DNA from: Candidatus Eiseniibacteriota bacterium
GTDB lineage: Bacteria; Eisenbacteria; RBG-16-71-46; CAVPCR01
DNA length: 64,000 nt
Direction of reading: 5' to 3'
Assembly: GCA_963823555.1 (NCBI GenBank)
Contig: CAWGMA010000003.1
Coordinates: 672,001 to 736,000, forward strand
A model generated the notes under the pieces. That model searched no databases, was not told the origin of the DNA, and worked only from the letters and a program-made list of their open reading frames with translations. Position numbers and translations under genes: made by a program. Each line of letters opens with the position of its first letter. The first letter of the stretch is position 1. Shown in pieces: positions 8,946-19,212 of the stretch.

Positions 8946-10577
8946 ATGCTATTGAAAGTCCTGGTCATATGTGTCCTTGTGGCAGCGCTTGCTCTGACCG
9001 CACCGCTGGCCGGCGCGCAGGAGCTCCAGAATGTGATCCTGATGATCGCTGACGGCTGGGGATACAATCAGATTGCCGCGACGAAGTACTGGTATGGGTC
9101 GGCGCAGGCTTACGAGGCCTTCCCGGTGCGCCTGGGCATGAGCACGTACTCATGGAATACGTTACAGGTGGATCCGGAAGGATATGACCCATCTCTCGCA
9201 TGGTCCGACTGGGAGTACATGCTGTTGCGGGCTACAGACTCGGCCGCGGCCGCCAGCGCGATGTCAACCGGCGTGAAGTGTCGGAACGCACAGATCAACA
9301 CGCATCCAGATGATGGACAGCCCTTGTTCATGTTTCGGCAGCTGGCGGAGCAGCTTGGCAAGTCGACCGGGGTGGTCACCAGCGTGCAGTGGAGTCACGC
9401 GACACCAGCGGCTTTTGGCGCCCACAACCCATCTCGTGACAACTATGTTGCGATTGCGCAGGAGATGGTCAGCTCGAGTGGCCTCGAGGTCATCATGGGG
9501 GCGGGCAACCCTTTCTACGATGACAACGGCGTCTACACGACTCCATCGGGAGAGAGCAGCTATCGCTACGTTGGCGGCTCGGCTCTCTGGGACGATCTTG
9601 TCGGCGGCGCAACTCCATATACCCTGGTCCAGACTCGCGCGGAGTTCCAGGCGCTGATGACCGGTCCAGCTCCGGCCCGCGTGTGCGGGACGGCACAGGT
9701 TCGTGAGACTCTTCAGCAGTCACGCACCCCGACTGAAGTGGCCAATTCCATGACCCCACCATATACTGTGCCGCAAATCGAGACGGTGCCCACGCTGGCG
9801 GAGATGAGCCGTGGTACGCTCAATGTGCTCGACGACAATCCGTTGGGATTCTTTCTGATGATTGAAGGCGGCGCAGTGGATTGGGCCTGTCACGACAATC
9901 AGGGAGGGCGACTCATCGAGGAGATGACGGATTTTACTCAGGCGGTCGAGGCTGTCATCGCCTGGGTGGAAACGAATAGCAGCTGGAATGAGACGATGGT
10001 GATCGTGACTGGCGATCATGAATGCGGATATCTTTGGGCCCCGGGTTCGGGCCTGCCCGCACAGTTCAACCCGATTGTCGATCATGGCGCCGGTCAGATG
10101 CCGGGGATGCGTTACTTCAGCGGGGACCACGCCAACAGTCTGATTCCATTCTTCGCAAAGGGCAGTGGGAGCGGGTGGTTTTCTGGATTCGCCGACCAGG
10201 TGGATCCGGTGCGCGGTTCCTATGTGGACAATGCCGAGATAGCTGACGTTGTATTCGGTCTCTTGGACCATACTCTGGCGGTGACCGAGCCGGTCGTCTC
10301 TGGCGCTGACGGCAGGGCGTATGCTCTATATCAGAATCACCCCAATCCATTCAATCCCGCTACCAGGGTCATTTACAGCATGAAGGAGACCGGGCGCGTG
10401 AGTCTACGGGTATTCAGTCCTGGTGGACGGCAGGTCGCAACGCTCGTGAACGGCATGGCAGGCCGTGGAGTCCACGCGGCTGATTTCGATGGGAGGAATC
10501 TGCCGTCAGGCCTGTACATCTGTCAGATGGAAGTAGGCGACTTCAAGGCGCAGCAGAAGATGCTATTGATGAAATAG
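8946..10577 (+). CDS. Secreted alkaline phosphatase (PhoA family) with C-terminal T9SS-like/FlgD-Ig domain
   Basis: NVILMIADGWG, TDSAAAASA (catalytic Ser), SHATPAAF, FFLMIEGGAVDWACH, VTGDHECG; tail YQNHPNPFNPAT..LPSGLYI..KMLLMK. Confidence 0.92.
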   Translation: MLLKVLVICVLVAALALTAPLAGAQELQNVILMIADGWGYNQIAATKYWYGSAQAYEAFPVRLGMSTYSWNTLQVDPEGYDPSLAWSDWEYMLLRATDSAAAASAMSTGVKCRNAQINTHPDDGQPLFMFRQLAEQLGKSTGVVTSVQWSHATPAAFGAHNPSRDNYVAIAQEMVSSSGLEVIMGAGNPFYDDNGVYTTPSGESSYRYVGGSALWDDLVGGATPYTLVQTRAEFQALMTGPAPARVCGTAQVRETLQQSRTPTEVANSMTPPYTVPQIETVPTLAEMSRGTLNVLDDNPLGFFLMIEGGAVDWACHDNQGGRLIEEMTDFTQAVEAVIAWVETNSSWNETMVIVTGDHECGYLWAPGSGLPAQFNPIVDHGAGQMPGMRYFSGDHANSLIPFFAKGSGSGWFSGFADQVDPVRGSYVDNAEIADVVFGLLDHTLAVTEPVVSGADGRAYALYQNHPNPFNPATRVIYSMKETGRVSLRVFSPGGRQVATLVNGMAGRGVHAADFDGRNLPSGLYICQMEVGDFKAQQKMLLMK

Positions 10578-10702
10578 CTGCTGTGTCCCCGACCGTGGCC
10601 GCCGGATGGCTGGACCCGGCGCGCAGCGCCGACCACAGGGTTGCCCCCCATGGTCGGCGCCCTGGCCTCGAAGTCGCTGTCAGCGAACTCCGTTCTGTTC
10701 CT

Positions 10703-13700
10703 CTACTTCGTCATCACCAGCTTGCGGTGCTCGCTGAGACCATCCGCCTTGAGCTGCGCATAGTAGACCGCCGATGGCAGCCGCCGCCCACCCTCATCGC
10801 GGCCATCCCATGCCGCCGCGTGCCAGCCCGCCTCCTGCCACACATCATCGAGGAGCAGGCGCACCAGGCGGCCCTGGGTGTCGTGTACGGCGAGTCGCAC
10901 GTGCCCCGCCCGCGGTAGCGTGTAGCTGAACGTCGTGGCTGGGTTGAACGGGTTGGGCTGGACCTGAAGAGCAAGCCCGGCTCCAGGCGCTCCGGTTCCC
11001 GGAGCGGGGCTCTGCTCCTCCACCCCCGTGCCGCCGCCCGCCAGGCGCAGGTCCATCTCCTGGAGCCCATTGTCAGGCAGCGTCAGCCATGGCGAGCGAG
11101 GGCAGAAGGGATCGCCCGTGAGGAACCGCAGGCGCCAGTGATAGCGCTCGCCGGAAATCAGCCCGGATGCCGTTTCCGTGAGCAGAACGAAGCTGCCTCC
11201 GGTGCTCAGGGGCGTACCAGTATCCGCCCAGTTGCCAAGCACCGTTCCGGCGCCATCGAAGGGCGTGCCGTAGAGCTCGATCTCGTACTCCATCCGCACC
11301 TGTCCGCGTCCCATCGGGGTGCGCCCGCGTGCGCCCAGGGCGAAGCCGCTCTCGGTGTTGGACATTCCGAGGGCGGCGATCGGTGACGACAGGTCGCTGT
11401 GCCACTGAACGGGGGTGCGAGGCAGTCCACGGCTTTCGTTGCCAAAGAAGAGGTAGGCGCGTCCCTCTTCGTCCAGCCCGTGGTGGTAGTAACGGGCTCC
11501 GGCCAGCACGTCGGAGAATCCATCGCCATTCGCATCGCCGCCTGCGGCAACTGCGTACCCTAGCTCTGCATTGTTCTGATCACCTTCGATGATCCAGTTG
11601 GCGACGCTGGACGTCAGCCCTGAACTGGAGCCCAGCCAAACGCCGATGGCGCCCGCCCCCGGTTCGCCGGGACTATCATGCAGCGGCGCGCCAGCCAGAA
11701 CGTCGCTGTAGCCGTCATTGTTGACGTCCCCAGCCGACGATACTGCGGCGCCAAGCCAGGCCGCCTCCTCGACCAGCGCGGAGCTCCAGTCGGCCCCGGA
11801 TGGATCATGGCTGACGGGTGGCGAGGCATCGCCATACCAGACGAACACCTTTCCGCCATAGGCAGCGGGGTTGTCGTAGCCGGGCGCTCCGATCAGCACA
11901 TCGCTGAAACCGTCACCATTGACATCGCCGGCTCCCGCCACCGCATAGCCCATCATCGCATGGTTCAGATTGCCGTCGACGTACCACCACGGCGCGCCTG
12001 TCTCGATACCGGTCGGCGTACCGATGAACAGGCTGGCGCGTCCCTCCCAGTTCTCGGGAATATCAGCCCGCGGCGCGCCGATCACCACGTCGCTCAGGCC
12101 ATCACCGTTCACGTCGCCGGCTGAAGCGATGCCGTAGCCGAACTGCGACTCCGCATAGTCGCCATCCTTGAACCAGTTGCTTGAGATGGGTGGTCCCAGG
12201 GAGGATCCGTAATAGCCGAAGACGGCGCCATCCTCGGTCTGGTCGTGCGTGTAGGTGGGCGCGCCCACCAGGACGTCGGCGTAGCCGTCACCGTTCACGT
12301 CTCCTGCTCCCGCCACGGCACGGCCGAAGTCGGCGCCCTCCTGGCCGCCGTAGGCGCTCCAGGAGGCAGTGGACGGGTTACCGTTGGGAATGCCGCCGGG
12401 TAGGCTCAGCCAGATGAAGGCCGCTCCCTCCGCGGTGAATGTGTGCGTGTAGTCGCTGGCGCCGGCGATGACATCGGTATATCCGTTGCCGTCGACATCT
12501 CCTGCCTTCGCCACAGAGATGCCCAACCTGGCGCCAGCCTGATTACTCTCGGCAAACCAGATGGGCAGCGCCGTGAGGCCGAGCCGCGATCCGAGGAAGA
12601 CGAACACGACTCCCTCGTCCGTCTGGCCGTTGTCGTAGAAGGGAGCGCCGACCGCGACATCGGAGAAACCGTCGCCGTTGACGTCCCCGATGCCTGCGAG
12701 GGACCAGCCGAAGCGCGCCTCGACCTGCTCGCTCTCGATGACCCAGCCCGGCTGCCAGCGCGGGCCGTAGGAGCCGCCGAGGTAACAGAAGGCCAGGCCC
12801 TCATCGATCTGAGGATGATCGTAGAGATCGGAGCCGACGAGCAGGTCGCTGTAGCCATCGCCGTTCACATCGCCTGCGGTCGCCACCGAGATCCCGAAAT
12901 GGGCCTCGGCCTGGTCGGATTCCTTGATCCAGATCGGGGAAGTCGACAGACCAGCCCACGATCCAAGGTGGACCCATGCGCGACCCTCCTCGGACTGGCC
13001 ATTGGTGTGCTGTGGCGCGCCGATCAAGATATCCGCGTAACCGTCGCCATTGGCGTCGCCTGCGGTCGCCACCGACATGCCGTACTGAGAACCGGCCTGT
13101 GTGCCATCGAGAACGACGGCAGGTTCGGGGAGGACACCGGTTTCCGATCCCGGATAGAGGAGCACGCGTCCCTCGGCGCCGCCGACCGTGTAGTACGGAG
13201 CACCGACCAAAACGTCGCTGTAGCCGTCCCCGTCGACGTCACCGGCGGTCGAGACGCAATGAGCAAACCAGGAATCGACGCCGTCGTCATAAGCGGACCA
13301 CATCTCGCCGCCGAGACCTCCCGGAGAGCCGTGGTAGACCTTGGCGTAGCCCGGATCGTTCGTAATCCAGATGTCCGGCTCGTTGCCGATGATGGCATCG
13401 GCATAGCCGTCGCCGTTGACGTCACCGGCGGTGGCGACGCAGTGCCCGAAATGGTCCCACTGGCGCTCGCCGTGGGCCGACCAGGCGATCGAGTGCGAGA
13501 GCCCCCCAGCCCCCCCGTGGAATACATAGGCCATGCCATCCTGGGAGAGGCTGAAGTCGTGTAGATCAGCTCCGATGATCACGTCGTCGTAGCCGTCGCC
13601 GTTGACATCGCCGGCGGTGGCCACCGAGACGCCGAAATCAGCGCCTACCTGCTCGCCTTCCTCAATCCAGTCGGCGCTTCCGATGATGCCGTCTTCCGAT

Positions 13701-14866
13701 CCGTAGTAGACATAGGCGCGGCCGCAATCCGCCAGGTCACCATCGTAGAACTTGGCACCGATGATGATGTCGTCGTAGCCGTCGCCGTTCACATCGCCGG
13801 CGGTGGCCACTGACCAACCGAAGAAGGCGTTCTGCTGATTGCTTTCATTGTGCCAGGCGGAGCTCGTTGATAATCCGGCGGATGAACCCATGTAGACGCG
13901 GGCACAGCCCTCGAAGAAGGATCCGCCATCATACCAGGGAGCTCCCACGATGACATCGCTGAAGCCGTCGCCGTCGACGTCGCCCGCGGTCGCCACGGAG
14001 TGACCGTAGAGCGAGCCGGCGAAGTTGATCTCGCCTGTCCAGCTCGGTACGCTGAGGATGGGGTCGATGGTGATTGGGTAGCGAGCGAACTCGTCATCGA
14101 TGCTGAGGCGAATCCCGGAATCGGTGAGCTCGAGCGCGCAGACGAGTTCCTCCCCCGACGCATCGTAGGCGTGCAGGTCGGCATAACGCAGCAGGCAGGG
14201 GGCGACGATGTCGTCGGCTCTTGACCGGTCGTCGTTCACCGCCTCGTAGTCGATGCCGCTCCCGTCATCGGTGAGTCGCCCCTCGAGATGGCTCACCACC
14301 ACGCCGTCGATGATGACGGGGCCGACGCCAGCGGGTCGGGTGTCGATCGTGAACCCCTGCTCCACTCCGGCCGGACCGTTCCCGTACCACTCGACCAGAC
14401 CCGCGTGACGATAGGTGACGCGGATGGCGTCAAGGCAGGGATCGACGGGAGGAAGCGGCGCCAGCGCCTGAGGGCGTCCCCAGGCTGCCGTGTGCCAGGA
14501 CCAGTTCCAGTCATCGCTTCCGGGCTCGCGTGGTTCAACCGCGATGCCGCCGGTCCGGAAGTAGGTGCGCAGGTTATGAGCGCGGTTGGGGGCCTGGAGG
14601 CCCGCATGGCTCTCGCTGGGGTGGTACTCGGCCTCCGTTAACCCTCGTATCACAAGTTCCCACCATGAGTCGTCGGCGCCAGCTGGGAGTTTCGACGAGT
14701 CAGACTTGGAGAGGGCGATGGCTGGTAGCGGATTGCCGGGTTGAACCCTGTCCGATCCCGACATGGGAAGCGAAGCCAGCAACACGAAGCCAGCGACGAT
14801 GAGTAACGTGGTGGCCGATATCCAGGCGCCGGGAGTGCAGTGTGGGAAGCTCGACTGGGGACGCAT
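10703..14866 (-). CDS. Large secreted FG-GAP (integrin alpha-like) repeat protein with C-terminal FlgD-Ig/T9SS-like domain
   Basis: 14 GD(V/A)xxxG(Y/F/L)xD repeats; tail PNPFNPATT..WDGRDEGGRRLPSAVY..KLVMTK; GGAGG RBS before ATG 14866. Confidence 0.92.
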   Translation of the reverse strand: MRPQSSFPHCTPGAWISATTLLIVAGFVLLASLPMSGSDRVQPGNPLPAIALSKSDSSKLPAGADDSWWELVIRGLTEAEYHPSESHAGLQAPNRAHNLRTYFRTGGIAVEPREPGSDDWNWSWHTAAWGRPQALAPLPPVDPCLDAIRVTYRHAGLVEWYGNGPAGVEQGFTIDTRPAGVGPVIIDGVVVSHLEGRLTDDGSGIDYEAVNDDRSRADDIVAPCLLRYADLHAYDASGEELVCALELTDSGIRLSIDDEFARYPITIDPILSVPSWTGEINFAGSLYGHSVATAGDVDGDGFSDVIVGAPWYDGGSFFEGCARVYMGSSAGLSTSSAWHNESNQQNAFFGWSVATAGDVNGDGYDDIIIGAKFYDGDLADCGRAYVYYGSEDGIIGSADWIEEGEQVGADFGVSVATAGDVNGDGYDDVIIGADLHDFSLSQDGMAYVFHGGAGGLSHSIAWSAHGERQWDHFGHCVATAGDVNGDGYADAIIGNEPDIWITNDPGYAKVYHGSPGGLGGEMWSAYDDGVDSWFAHCVSTAGDVDGDGYSDVLVGAPYYTVGGAEGRVLLYPGSETGVLPEPAVVLDGTQAGSQYGMSVATAGDANGDGYADILIGAPQHTNGQSEEGRAWVHLGSWAGLSTSPIWIKESDQAEAHFGISVATAGDVNGDGYSDLLVGSDLYDHPQIDEGLAFCYLGGSYGPRWQPGWVIESEQVEARFGWSLAGIGDVNGDGFSDVAVGAPFYDNGQTDEGVVFVFLGSRLGLTALPIWFAESNQAGARLGISVAKAGDVDGNGYTDVIAGASDYTHTFTAEGAAFIWLSLPGGIPNGNPSTASWSAYGGQEGADFGRAVAGAGDVNGDGYADVLVGAPTYTHDQTEDGAVFGYYGSSLGPPISSNWFKDGDYAESQFGYGIASAGDVNGDGLSDVVIGAPRADIPENWEGRASLFIGTPTGIETGAPWWYVDGNLNHAMMGYAVAGAGDVNGDGFSDVLIGAPGYDNPAAYGGKVFVWYGDASPPVSHDPSGADWSSALVEEAAWLGAAVSSAGDVNNDGYSDVLAGAPLHDSPGEPGAGAIGVWLGSSSGLTSSVANWIIEGDQNNAELGYAVAAGGDANGDGFSDVLAGARYYHHGLDEEGRAYLFFGNESRGLPRTPVQWHSDLSSPIAALGMSNTESGFALGARGRTPMGRGQVRMEYEIELYGTPFDGAGTVLGNWADTGTPLSTGGSFVLLTETASGLISGERYHWRLRFLTGDPFCPRSPWLTLPDNGLQEMDLRLAGGGTGVEEQSPAPGTGAPGAGLALQVQPNPFNPATTFSYTLPRAGHVRLAVHDTQGRLVRLLLDDVWQEAGWHAAAWDGRDEGGRRLPSAVYYAQLKADGLSEHRKLVMTK

Positions 14867-15124
14867 AGCTCCACCTCCATGATCGAAGCTCAAGCTGGCT
14901 GCGTCAGAGGGAAAGCCTGCCGACGGAGCTCAGTTCGTCCAGAAAGTAGCGAGCGCTTGGGACCGCTTCCACTTGCCGAACGGTCCTCCAGGCATGATAT
15001 CAATGAAGACACCTGTTCTCAGCTGCAAGCGACACGTGTGAATCTACAATTCTCATTGCAGATACGTCATGTGTCAGCACAACAGAGTCCTGGAAGGAGC
15101 GGCCGGCAGCGTACTCAACATGCC

Positions 15125-16039
15125 TCACCGGGCGCAGGCGAAGTCCTCGAAGAGCCGCATCAATGCCACGGCGCTCTCTGCTGAGATCTCTATCTCATAG
15201 CGTTCGCAGGCGGATGGACTTCGCACGGCCCCGTACCAGAGCTCGTCGCAATATCGTATCTGATGCTCCACTTCGTATGGGGAGCCGCGACCACCTCGGT
15301 CAGTGTTCCAAGAGCGTAGTTCACCGCACTCGTATCTCGACCGGCATCGTAGCCCGCGTTGCGGGCGGCCGCAGCGGCGAAACGCTCTGCGGATCGGCGC
15401 GGGCTCGACCACCGCCACCTCGGACCGCCCCGTTCATAGCGGTGAGAGCGCGGGCATAGGGCATGTTGGTCATGGCCTTGCCCGGCAGGCTCTCGCCGAT
15501 ATGGCACGCGAGGCGTCCGTCCAGCCACTCGATCGCGGCACAGTCCCGTCCGCGTCGGCGATCAGGAAGTGAACTGGAGGCGCCGAATCCTCGATCCGCA
15601 CCCTCGAGTCAACCCCGATGGCTTCCTCGACGTTGCCGCAGGTATCCAGCACATACTGGGCCCATGTGTGCCGATGGTGAGAGGCACTCGCTCGTCGGGC
15701 TCAGGTAACTCGGATGCCAGTAGTTCCATCGAGCCACCAGGCCGGCTTCGTTCATGCCACCAAAGGCGAACTCATGCTCCGCGAGGTTGAATATGACGCT
15801 GCCGTACTAGGAGACCCATCTTGCCGTCTCCCCAGTCGTGTTCTGCTGGAAGCCCTCTTTGGCGATTCCCGGGGGGTGATGCACAGCAGCCCGTCGCCGG
15901 GGATGAAGAGATCGAGGTTGGCCTCGAAGATCGGACCATCAGGTGTGTCCAGACAGAACGTCGTGCAGGCGTGGCAGATGCTATCCAGCGAGTAGCTCGA
16001 TGGAAGAATGCAGAATGCTGGGATGGCGAGTACGCGCAT
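15125..16039 (-). pseudogene. Frameshifted linear amide C-N hydrolase (choloylglycine hydrolase/penicillin V acylase family)
   Basis: Leader then CTTFCL (Ntn nucleophile), ANLDL, GGMNEAGLV, QYVLDTCGNVEEAI, HFLIADADG, TKWSIRYD spread over several frames. Confidence 0.8.
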
Positions 16040-16265
16040 GATCGCCCTCCGCTTCGCTGATCTTGCGGAGCTGCGCGGAGCTCTCACGCGCATGCTTTGA
16101 CCAGCAGAAATACATACTCGCAGAAGGATCTTGACCGGCCAGGCGACCGAGGTGACGCTTGCGCAAGGTCGTGGTATGCTCGACAGACATCCGGCGCGGC
16201 TTCGGCGCCAGGCAGGCACGGAAGCTGCCGCAACCAGACGAGCGCCCACCATGAGGAGGTCCCCG

Positions 16266-17075
16266 ATGAACCCCCGACGGATCGCATTCCTCGGAGCTCT
16301 CATTGTCGCACTAACGAGTCTCTCAGTAACGGCTTACGCGAGCGGCGTGCTCTTCGACAACGGTGTCATGGTTGCCAACCTCGATCCCGGCAACCTCGCC
16401 AATCGCGGCTGTGGCGTTGCCTTCGATGGCACCTACTACTGGGCGGGTGAGGCCGGTACCTCGAGCGGCAACACGCTCAATCAGTACGATGCCGGCGGCG
16501 CCCTTCTGAATGCCTACCAGAGCGGTGTCGATCATCGTAGCATCTTCACTGATGGCGCCAACGATCTCTATGGGATGCGGTTTGGGGCCGGCGAACTCGT
16601 ACGTTACATGGGCGGTGTCCCGTCGCCCGTTTACACCCTGAATCCGAACTCACCCGACAGCCAGTCCGAACACGGGCTACGCACTTCGAACAACTCCCTC
16701 TACGGCAATGATGCCGGCACGATCTACGTCTACGACTTCGCTACCGGAATGCGCACGTCTTCGTTCAGCCTGTCCGGATACGCGGCAACCTATCCGGCCG
16801 ACGTTCAGCTTGCGGTTGCCAACGGGGCTGCCGACTACCTCCTGACCTACGATGACGCCGGCAATGTGGCGGCCTGGGACTTCGCCGGCAACCAGGTTGG
16901 CCTGTGTGCGATCGGCCTCAACACGTTCGATCAGATCTTCTCGTTCAGCTTCGCGAACGGGCTCGTCTGGATCGAAACGGCACGGAACAGCACCTGGAAC
17001 GGGTACGACATCGGGCTCGGCATGGCGACGGCCGTTGAGCCCACCACCTGGGGGGCGATCAAGGCCCGATTCTAG
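16266..17075 (+). CDS. Secreted beta-rich protein with C-terminal TWGxIK motif
   Basis: GAGGAGG RBS, signal peptide ending AYA, ends ATAVEPTTWGAIKARF. Confidence 0.8.
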   Translation: MNPRRIAFLGALIVALTSLSVTAYASGVLFDNGVMVANLDPGNLANRGCGVAFDGTYYWAGEAGTSSGNTLNQYDAGGALLNAYQSGVDHRSIFTDGANDLYGMRFGAGELVRYMGGVPSPVYTLNPNSPDSQSEHGLRTSNNSLYGNDAGTIYVYDFATGMRTSSFSLSGYAATYPADVQLAVANGAADYLLTYDDAGNVAAWDFAGNQVGLCAIGLNTFDQIFSFSFANGLVWIETARNSTWNGYDIGLGMATAVEPTTWGAIKARF

Positions 17076-17145
17076 GGGGCTGCGGCAGCCCGCATCCTCG
17101 ATGCGGTCGCCGGCAGCAGGTACTGAAAGTCTGTCATTGACGTGC

Positions 17146-17173
17146 GGCCCCGGCGGAAGGCTCCGCCGGGGCC
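17146..17173. terminator. GC-rich hairpin downstream of the secreted protein gene
   Basis: GGCCCCGGCGGA-aggc-TCCGCCGGGGCC 12-bp stem; weak U-tract. Confidence 0.45.
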
Positions 17174-17254
17174 CCGTGCTTATGAGAGACATGACAATTG
17201 TCTCCGCCAACCTTCGTGTGTATGGTCAGAGGAGTACCCCAGCAGGAGGACTCA

Positions 17255-18028
17255 ATGGATAGGAAGACCGTCATCCCGGCTCTGGTCGTCTTGCTGCTCG
17301 TTGCAGCCGTAGTCGTTTATTACCAGTTCTTCCGAGATCGAGAGCAGGCGGGAGTGACGACGACCGAGGAGTTCGCCGGCATCGAGCACGAGCCCGTGGC
17401 GGAAGGACGGAAGATCGAGTACATCGATGTCGAGCTGGACAAGAGCGACGAGCTGGTTCGTAGGCTCGCCGGAGGACTGTCGTCGCGCCCGGAGCTGGCC
17501 CGCTGGTTGCTTTCAGAGCAGCTGATCAGGAGCTTCGTCGCCGCGGCGGAGAACATCGCCGCCGGCCACAGTCCCCGCGCCCAGGTCCCGTTCTTCACGC
17601 CGAATGGGCCTTTTGCCGTCATCGAGGAGGACGGGGAGACCTTCGCCGATCCCGGGAGCTTCCGGCGCTATGACCTCTTTGCCGATGTCTTCACCTCGCT
17701 GGACACCGAGGGAACCATCACCTTGTACCGGCAGCTGACGCCGGCTATCAGCGAAGCCTACAAGGAGCTCGGTCATGCGGACGGTCGCTTCCATCCGACG
17801 CTGGAGCGGGCCATCGCAGAGCTCCTGCGAGTGCCGGTGGTGGAGGAGAGGATCTGGCTCGAGCCGCAGCTTGTCACTTACGAGCTGGTCGATCCTGGGC
17901 TGGAGGGCCTGAGCGCAGCGCAGAAGCACCTCCTTCGCATGGGGCCGGACAACGTGCGGTCGATCCAGGCCAAGCTCCGGGAGATCAGCCAGCACCCGGA
18001 CTTCCGAGCGGCCAGCGTTCGGCCGTAA
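17255..18028 (+). CDS. DUF3014 family membrane-anchored protein
   Basis: N-terminal TM helix; SFRRYD, EAYKELG, LEGLSAAQKHLLRMGPDN..IQAKLRE motifs; AGGAGG RBS. Confidence 0.85.
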   Translation: MDRKTVIPALVVLLLVAAVVVYYQFFRDREQAGVTTTEEFAGIEHEPVAEGRKIEYIDVELDKSDELVRRLAGGLSSRPELARWLLSEQLIRSFVAAAENIAAGHSPRAQVPFFTPNGPFAVIEEDGETFADPGSFRRYDLFADVFTSLDTEGTITLYRQLTPAISEAYKELGHADGRFHPTLERAIAELLRVPVVEERIWLEPQLVTYELVDPGLEGLSAAQKHLLRMGPDNVRSIQAKLREISQHPDFRAASVRP

Positions 18029-18087
18029 GGGCGGCGGGAACCCGATCTTCAGATCATGCGTCCTGCTGTCCCTGCGGGATGAGATCG

Positions 18088-18125
18088 AAAACGAAGATCC
18101 CCAGCCGGCGGGCCGGCTGGGGATC
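18088..18125 (-). terminator. Rho-independent terminator between convergent genes
   Basis: GATCCCCAGCCGG/CCGGCTGGGGATC stem, followed on the minus strand by TTCGTTTT. Confidence 0.7.
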
Positions 18126-18161
18126 CTCGTGTCGTTCGCTGCTGCGAATCGAGCGGGCCGA

Positions 18162-18971
18162 TTACCTGTTGTAGAGGCCCTTGATGTGCCCCCAAGTGGT
18201 CGGCTCGGTCGACGTCGCGCCGCCGCCGGTCCATGCCGCTGCCGAAAAGGTCCCGCTCCCGGTGAACGGGGAGGGAAGGGTTCCGACCTGGGAACCCGTG
18301 GCGGCATCGAAGATGTAGAAGTTGGCCTGCGTGGTGTTGGGACCGTCGGTCACGTAGTAGGCCAGGCCGGCGTTCATCGCGAGCCCGTCGATGTCGGTCT
18401 CGCCCGCCGGGTAGGGGGCGAGGAAGGTCGTCGACTGGGCCACCGTGTCGATCTCGTAGAGGCCGCGACCGGTCGATGGGGCGTCGGTCAGGCCATAGAG
18501 GTTCCCGTTGGTGGCGTCAACATCGAGACCGCCGAAATCGAACGTGCTCGGATAGACGTAGACCTGAGTGGCAATGAGCGTGACAGGATCGATCTCGTAG
18601 ACCGCCTCGGTCGCGATGTTCCGGGTGCCGAGGAGCATCCCATTGCGGAAACCCAGGGCGACGAAATTGACGGTCGCCGAGTTGAACATCATCGTCCCGA
18701 GCGTGGTCGGGGTCAGGCCACCCATGCTGAAAGGCGAGCTGTAGAGCGTTGACCCGTTGTTCCAGTAGAGGGTATTCGTGGTGCCGTCGTACGCCATGCC
18801 CCAGGGCTTGGCGTCAGACGTGCTCGCCGCGTAGAGCGATGTAGCGACACCGGTGTTGACGTCGACGTACCAGATGGTGGCGGTACCCGACTGGTCGTTG
18901 CCGACAACCAACTGGGCCTGCGCGCTGGTCGTAATGAGCGCCAAGGCCGCGGTCAGCAATATCCACTTCAT
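18162..18971 (-). CDS. Secreted beta-propeller-like protein with C-terminal TWGxIK motif
   Basis: Signal MKWILLTAALALITTSAQA; repeated YEID blades; ends ATSTEPTTWGHIKGLYNR. Confidence 0.82.
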   Translation of the reverse strand: MKWILLTAALALITTSAQAQLVVGNDQSGTATIWYVDVNTGVATSLYAASTSDAKPWGMAYDGTTNTLYWNNGSTLYSSPFSMGGLTPTTLGTMMFNSATVNFVALGFRNGMLLGTRNIATEAVYEIDPVTLIATQVYVYPSTFDFGGLDVDATNGNLYGLTDAPSTGRGLYEIDTVAQSTTFLAPYPAGETDIDGLAMNAGLAYYVTDGPNTTQANFYIFDAATGSQVGTLPSPFTGSGTFSAAAWTGGGATSTEPTTWGHIKGLYNR

Positions 18972-19212
18972 TGAGGCATTCCTCCCGTTGCTGATGTCTG
19001 GCAGAACCAAGCTGCGATCGACACGCGGTGGTGGCCGTTCCTTACCACCGGCGCCAATTCTCTACGAAACAACATCTTAGCAGAAATCCAGGTCGACGTC
19101 AATCAGCCCGCCTGAATCGTGTGGGCAATCAGGATGGTCCATGGTCGCCGGCTGCTAGAATCCTGCCCGCGGACCGCGACAACAACGCCGTTACCCTTCT
19201 AGGGAGGACATC

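Noticed and set aside
11500..14000. Recurring DNA repeats such as GTAGCCGTCGCCGTTGACGTC as a possible CRISPR array
   Set aside because: Degenerate, in frame and spaced about 180 bp apart; they encode FG-GAP repeats
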